A stretch of DNA of 39,526 nt from Octopus bimaculoides (taxonomy: Eukaryota): the NCBI RefSeq assembly GCF_001194135.2, contig NC_068994.1, positions 55,586,119 to 55,625,644 of the forward strand, written 5' to 3'. Below are positions 32,853-39,526 of the stretch, in pieces. Positions within the stretch are counted from its first letter, which is position 1. Each line of letters starts with the position of its first letter. The notes beneath the pieces are model-generated. The model saw only the letters and a program-made list of their open reading frames with translations. It made no database searches and had not been told where the DNA came from. A program made the position numbers and the translations under genes.

Positions 32853-35671
32853 CATATGTGTGTGTGTGTATATATATTTATATATATAGGTGTGCGTGTG
32901 TATGATTGTGAGAGTAGCACGTGACAAGGAACATCTAACTATCATGGATTCCATGATGATACGAAAGCTGTGAAGTTTTAAAAACGAAATGACTATGGTG
33001 AATCTTAGATACGTTAATAACACCTGATTCCGATTGCTTCCATTATCTTACAATCAATTCCTTTGTCGTCGTCGTCATCGCCATCATTGTCGTGGTGGTT
33101 TTGTTGCCGTTGTTGTTGTCGTTGTTTTTTTCTTACGTGAGATTCTCTGTGGAAATATATTTGATACGACAGTCATCTTCCTAGTTTGTACGACGACAAG
33201 ATATATGAACGTCCAATCAATTAGCATGTAGAAAACACAATAGAAAATAAATGAAGTGTTTAGAATATTCTGAGAGGAGCACCATTAAATAAATATTGGA
33301 TTTTAAATTTCGGTTTCGTCATATTTCGTTAAAGTAACAATACAATTATAACAAAAGTGGAAAAGAGTCAAACAAAATCCGTTTTTAAGAATTCTCTTCT
33401 GACATATTCCACATAATATTGTAATGTTGAATTCATTTATATGCCTCTTTTATGTTATTCTTTGAACATTTCATCGTAGTTTGTAGTAATGTCATCTTGA
33501 CTTTAACAAGGACAAACTTCAGGTTGCGTGTTGCGTATTCCGTTTTTTTTTTGTTGTTTTGTTTTGTAGTTGGTTCGAGGTTTCTTCGTTTCTTTCTTTT
33601 TTTTTATTGTTTGTCCTTTCACTGTAATGATTTTCTGTAGCTAGCGATCGGTGTCACTTTACTTTAGGGAATAAGATTGGCTATAACAAAAATACAAAAA
33701 AAAAAGAAGAAGAAGAAGAAGAAAAACAAACAATAAAGAAACAAATAGAATTAACGAATGAATGAAAATAGGATCTTGTAAGATATAAAACGGCAGGGGA
33801 GAGAAAGCTCAACAAAATGCTAAGAAGGCATGCGTCAAATTGGTTCCTTTGACACTGTCTTTCACGAAGTTCGTTGGATGAAAAGATACAGCACAACAAC
33901 AACAAAAACAACAACAGCAACAACAGCAAATGTTACCGAGGCAATAACAACTGAAACATGTACTACAAGTTGTCTAAAACAAAAAAGGAAGTGGGGTACA
34001 TAGCAAGAATACAACAACAAAGAGCGTACATCAAGAATATAAGAGAGGAAGATTTGTCGTGGAGCTAATTATATGAAAATGTCATGCTGTTATAAGCATC
34101 ACCATGAGAGACTTATTAGAATTGCCTTTCCTTTTGCTGAGATAAGCAGGTGACATCATTGCTTCTCCGATTTATTATTTTAACTTTTCAGTTCTATTCT
34201 TTATTTTCATACATACATGCATCCATCCATCTATCCATCCATACATGTATATATNNNNNNNNNNNNNNNNNNNNNNNNNNNNNNNNNNNNNNNNNNNNNN
34301 NNNNNNNNNNNNNNNNNNNNNNNNNNNNNNNNNNNNNNNNNNNNNNNNNNNNNNNNNNNNNNNNNNNNNNNNNNNNNNNNNNNNNNNNNNNNNNNNNNNN
34401 NNNNNNNNNNNNNNNNNNNNNNNNNNNNNNNNNNNNNNNNNNNNNNNNNNNNNNNNNNNNNNNNNNNNNNNNNNNNNNNNNNNNNNNNNNNNNNNNNNNN
34501 NNNNNNNNNNNNNNNNNNNNNNNNNNNNNNNNNNNNNNNNNNNNNNNNNNNNNNNNNNNNNNNNNNNNNNNNNNNNNNNNNNNNNNNNNNNNNNNNNNNN
34601 NNNNNNNNNNNNNNNNNNNNNNNNNNNNNNNNNNNNNNNNNNNNNNNNNNNNNNNNNNNNNNNNNNNNNNNNNNNNNNNNNNNNNNNNNNNNNNNNNNNN
34701 NNNNNNNNNNNNNNNNNNNNNNNNNNNNNNNNNNNNNNNNNNNNNNNNNNNNNNNNNNNNNNNNNNNNNNNNNNNNNNNNNNNNNNNNNNNNNNNNNNNN
34801 NNNNNNNNNNNNNNNNNNNNNNNNNNNNNNNNNNNNNNNNNNNNNNNNNNNNNNNNNNNNNNNNNNNNNNNNNNNNNNNNNNNNNNNNNTATATATGTGT
34901 GTGTGCGTGTATATGTCTATATGTCTGGCTTTATGTTTGTCTGTATGTATGTACGTTTGCATGTATGCATGTATACGAATACTTTTTTTTACATACAAAT
35001 AATTTCCAGCGAGGAATTGAGGAATTGGTTTGCCAAGATAGAGAATAAAATAACAAAGTGCACGAGAATGCTTTATGTTCTATGTCACTCCCGGAAAAAA
35101 AAAAAACAAGAAGGAAAAAATGAAAATCAAAACAAAAACAAACCAAAAAACATTCAATCAGAGACCGACCATAGTTTCTGGATGTGGGCACCAAAACTAT
35201 TACCTGAATGTCTTGAGTTCTATAAATCCTGGAAGTTAACATTTGTAAATGACAACGCAATTATTTTTTGATTAGGTTGATGAATATACAATCCATTCCA
35301 GAATTAGAACGAGTGACGGGTGCCATAATAATGGAAGATATAGTGTACTGTAATACACCTGCTGGTTCAGTAATGTGGGGTACTGTGTTGGATGGGGTAC
35401 CGTGGTGGTTGGGGTATTTCTGCGTTGTCTTCTAGAGTGAAGCAATTATCTGCTCGCGCATTGTTTCGAACCTAATTTATGAAATCAGAAATATAATGTG
35501 AGAAACAGTGGAAAGAAAGTTTTGTAATATTCCAGCGGCATTAATCTAATTTAAAAATATTTGGTCGGCCTCCTACAGGTCTGCCATAATGCACCATCTT
35601 TAGATTGACATATATCAAAAACATAATACGTCACACACACACACACACACCCATATTTATACATACACACA

Positions 35672-35743
<72 letters not shown>

Positions 35744-36067
35744 NNNNNNNNNNNNNNNNNNNNNNNNNNNNNNNNNNNNNNNNNNNNNNNNNNNNNNNNN
35801 NNNNNNNNNNNNNNNNNNNNNNNNNNNNNNNNNNNNNNNNNNNNNNNNNNNNNNNNNNNNNNNNNNNNNNNNNNNNNNNNNNNNNNNNNNNNNNNNNNNN
35901 NNNNNNNNNNNNNNNNNNNNNNNNNNNNNNNNNNNNNNNNNNNNNNNNNNNATATATATACATGTATAAGTATATAAATATGAACATATGTACATACACA
36001 TACACACACACATATATATATATATATGAGAATAGAAGGAAAGAAAGGGAGAAAGAGTGAAGAGGGG

Positions 36068-36147
36068 AAGAAGAAGAAGAAGAAGAAGAAGAAGAAGAAG
36101 AAGAAGAAGAAGAAGAAGAAGAAGAAGAAGAAGAAGAAGAAGAAGAA
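36068..36147. repeat. (GAA)n microsatellite
   Basis: Directly visible. Confidence 0.97.
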
Positions 36148-36456
36148 AATGGTGATGGTTATAGTGATGATGATAATGATGATGATAAAAAGGAAGAAAA
36201 TCACTGAGTTCATATTTATTTGGGTTACCCCCCCCCTCCCAGTGTATTTGGCAATAATCGAACGCTTCCATGCTGACAGTATCACGAAGCGTTCAGAAAA
36301 ATAAAGCGGGATCAATATTAAGTTCCACGATATTTTACAAGAATAGCCAAGGAACAAATATTTTAGTACGGCCTCCAAGAGAAGTGGAATGATTACAAGT
36401 TCGGAGGGAGTCTACTGACATATTGAAAAACGTGGTGTATATATATTATATATAAA

Positions 36457-36588
36457 TAGGCGCAGAAGTGGCTGTGTGAAGAAGCGCAGGAGTGGCTGTG
36501 TGGTAAGAAGCTTGCTTCCCATCAACATGGTTCCGGATTCAGTCCGACTGCGTGGCACCTGGGACAATGGTCTTCTCCTGTAGCCTCG
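36457..36588 (+). mobile_element. Family A SINE 5' portion with a duplicated head
   Basis: GCGCAGAAGTGGCTGTGTGAAGAA is followed by GCGCAGGAGTGGCTGTGTGGTAAGAAG, then the B box and body. Confidence 0.85.
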
Positions 36589-36897
36589 ATTTGAACTTGG
36601 TGATTTTGGTAAGAGGATTAGCGCCTCAGTCTGAAAGAACGATTGAATATATTTGCTGAAATTTTTGTGAGATTTGATTGGTTAGAGGGTCAGCGCCTCT
36701 ATTTGTAACTGTTGTAAGAGGTTAATACCTCATTGTGTTTTTTTAGAAAAGAACAATATTTTCGGGAAGTAACAATCGATGGGTGTTGCCTGCTTCCCCC
36801 ACCAATCATATCGTTTTTCAATCCATCATCATTGTGTCTGTGTCCAGCCCGGAAGCTTCCATCTTTATTGTGCCTTTATGGCAAATGTAATGAAATA

Positions 36898-37010
36898 AAG
36901 AAGTTTGCTTCCAACCACATAGTTCCGGGTTCAGTGACGTAAGCACAACAGCATCGGCTGTCAAGCGATGTTGGAGGGACAAACACAGACACACAAACAT
37001 ATGCACACAC
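36898..37010. mobile_element. Fused family A (+) and family B (-) SINE fragments
   Basis: AAGAAGTTTGCTTCCAACCACATAGTTCCGGGTTCAGT is joined directly to GACGTAAGCACAACAGCATCGGCTGTCAAGCGATGTTGG. Confidence 0.75.
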
Positions 37011-37042
37011 ACATTCACACACACACATATATATACATATAT

Positions 37043-37210
37043 ATACGACGGAATTCTTTCAGTTTCCGTTTATCGAATTCACTCACAAGGCTTTGGTCGG
37101 CCTGAGGCTATAGTAGTAGAAACTTGTCCAAGGTGCCACGCAGTGGGACTGAATCCGGAATCATGTGGTTGGTTAGCAAGCTACTTACGACACAGCCATT
37201 CCTACGCCTA
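37043..37210 (-). mobile_element. Family A SINE, full length
   Basis: Reverse complement is colinear with 5209-5380 from head to (TA) tail. Confidence 0.9.
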
Positions 37211-37249
37211 TATATACACACATGTATATATATACATATATATATATGT

Positions 37250-37283
<34 letters not shown>

Positions 37284-38684
37284 TTACACACACAGCACAC
37301 ACGTATACATATACAGGGACAAACACACACACTCACACACACTCACACACATATACGCACATATATACATACAAACACCACAAGGTAATACGCATTTCAG
37401 AATCCGGCCAGGTATGTTGTAATCCGAACTTGGTTAAATATATCACCCAGTGGGAAAGACAAGAAAGTGTGTAGATCAAAGAATTACAGCTGCACATTCT
37501 TTTGAGTTCTCTTCAATTTCCCTTGGAGTGAACTCCCCGAAAAAGATATGCTCTCGTATATCTTTGGATCTACAGTGCTAAGATCGATTTAATGTGAATC
37601 GAAAGATTGTACAACATCATCGGATCTAAGGATCCTAAAACGTTTGCATGACACAAACACTTGTCTGCATCACATATGTTATCAACTATGAATTAAAGAT
37701 GTGTACTTTTTCCGTTCTTTATTGTGATTTGGATATGTGTGTGTATGTAATACTATATATTAATATATACATATACATATTTATTTATATATGCACATGT
37801 GTGTATGTATATATGTATCTATATGCATGCATTATGTACATATATGTGTATATAATTATGTGTGTGTTAGTGCTTGTGTGTCTCTGTGTATATCAAGGAA
37901 AAGTATTCCATTCAATTTTGATATATTTGTGTATCTCTATAGGTCTAGCTATCCGATATATACGTATGCACGTATGTATGTATGTATGTATGTATGTATG
38001 TATGTATGTATATGTATAGAAAACTACACACACCGGCGTATATCTTCAGATTAAGTAAATCTATTCCTTGTAATTTTACACACCATTACAACGTATACGT
38101 GTAACAGACGTATTCACAAGTACACACACACGCACACACACGCACACACACACATACACACACACAAGAGCGCTCAAAGGGAGAAATAAGTGAGATAAAG
38201 AGGCGATATATAATATGAAACATAGAGGATAAAATCAAGAAATGAGCGAGATAAGTTCGGGAAGTATATATCTTTAAGTGTTCTTTCTTATGACACAGCA
38301 AGTGATATTTTCAGATATCAGATCTTTCATTTGCCACAGAGCGGATCTGTAAGTCTCCAGTGCAGTTTAGTTTATGATATATACGTTTTAGATATCTGTA
38401 AAATGACACAACGCAACAGGCTCTCGTAGCTTAAACGGCTTCAAAGACACGCAGGTGGACTTTGTAAAATTGAAGTGTAGCATTCCGAAATAGCAGTTAG
38501 TAACATGCTTACGAGAGTTGATCCGGAGATTCTTGAAGTGTATCTGAAACCGTAATAAGAATGGTTGGTTATAATGTTACACGTATATGTAAACTCTCTT
38601 ATGTATCTAAGTAGCGAAGGTAGATTTTAAATGTAAGCTTACACAAAAACACAAATTCATATATACAAAGCTACCTGTCTACTA

Positions 38685-38762
<78 letters not shown>

Positions 38763-39491
38763 ATAAAACTTATTTGGAGACAATGCGTGGCGTTCGATCA
38801 TATAATAACATAAATAATATATACTTATATGCATATATCCATACATATATGTACATACCGACATCTATATGTATACATACAAGCATATATGGGTACAGGA
38901 CATCGCAAAAAAAGTTAAACACAATGAGAAACGAAAACATAAAGACGAAGACAGAAAACAAACTTTTTTTCGAACAACGAAAGAAAAACAAACACAGAAA
39001 CGAGACATGCAACATAATGAATATTACCCTTCGAAACGCGGAGTAAATGAAGCAGGGACGACATGTTGCAGGATAGATTCTGATGGAAGACTTTTAAGTG
39101 ATCAAATTTGAGGTTGTATTATTGTTCACAATGAAGTCACACATGCAAAACTGTTTCATCGCACGTGTCTATTTAGGTGTGTCAGCTTCATGTTTGAGGG
39201 CTCCTTTGTGTATCCCCTAAAAAAGCAACAATATATACGCGCTCACACACACATTGGCGTGCATATATATAAATATATATATACATATTCATACGACTTA
39301 TAAATAAGAAAAAAATTCTTATGCCGAGAAATAGTCTTCAAATCTTTTGCCCTTATTTATAAGTTGTTTATTATTTTCACCTTAAAAGGCATTTTCTAAA
39401 TATGCTGGCCACTGATAAAACTTTTTGAAAATGTTGTCCTATATTAGATGTAAATTTATACATATTCATATATACATGCATACATGAACGT

Positions 39492-39526
<35 letters not shown>

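Noticed and set aside
33138-35210. Further small minus-strand exon candidates (about 33138-33181 and about 35186-35210)
   Set aside because: Splice signals are only moderate, and no consistent reading frame links them to the other candidates.
24375-36290. Isolated 7-9 bp hairpins (about 24375-24403, 30860-30883, 31981-32003, 36259-36293)
   Set aside because: Expected by chance in AT-rich sequence of this length, with no repetition or context.

Overview
AT-rich eukaryotic DNA saturated with microsatellites, from a gapped draft assembly. There are 11 N-gaps, most abutting (TA)n or (GA)n. The repeat families look like those of an octopod cephalopod; this is recognition from memory, not a database result. 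No complete or nameable protein-coding gene is supported, and nearly every ORF in the supplied track is translated microsatellite or N-gap. Well-supported content is mostly transposon debris: about 15 tRNA-derived SINE copies from several families, three 3' ends of restriction-like-endonuclease (R4/Dong-type) LINEs, a mariner 3' end with its TIR, and two Penelope-like terminal-repeat fragments, one carrying a minimal hammerhead-like ribozyme. There is also a tRNA-headed element with what looks like a collapsed hammerhead, and a 660-bp element with about 225-bp inverted arms. Several strong minus-strand splice signals (24810-24917, 17110, 6177-6433, 5827-5906) suggest the window is largely intronic to an unidentified minus-strand transcript. 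The best leads are the hammerhead-bearing retroelements, the microsatellite-associated LINE ends, the density of fold-back (dsRNA-forming) structures, and one in-frame pair of orphan exons.
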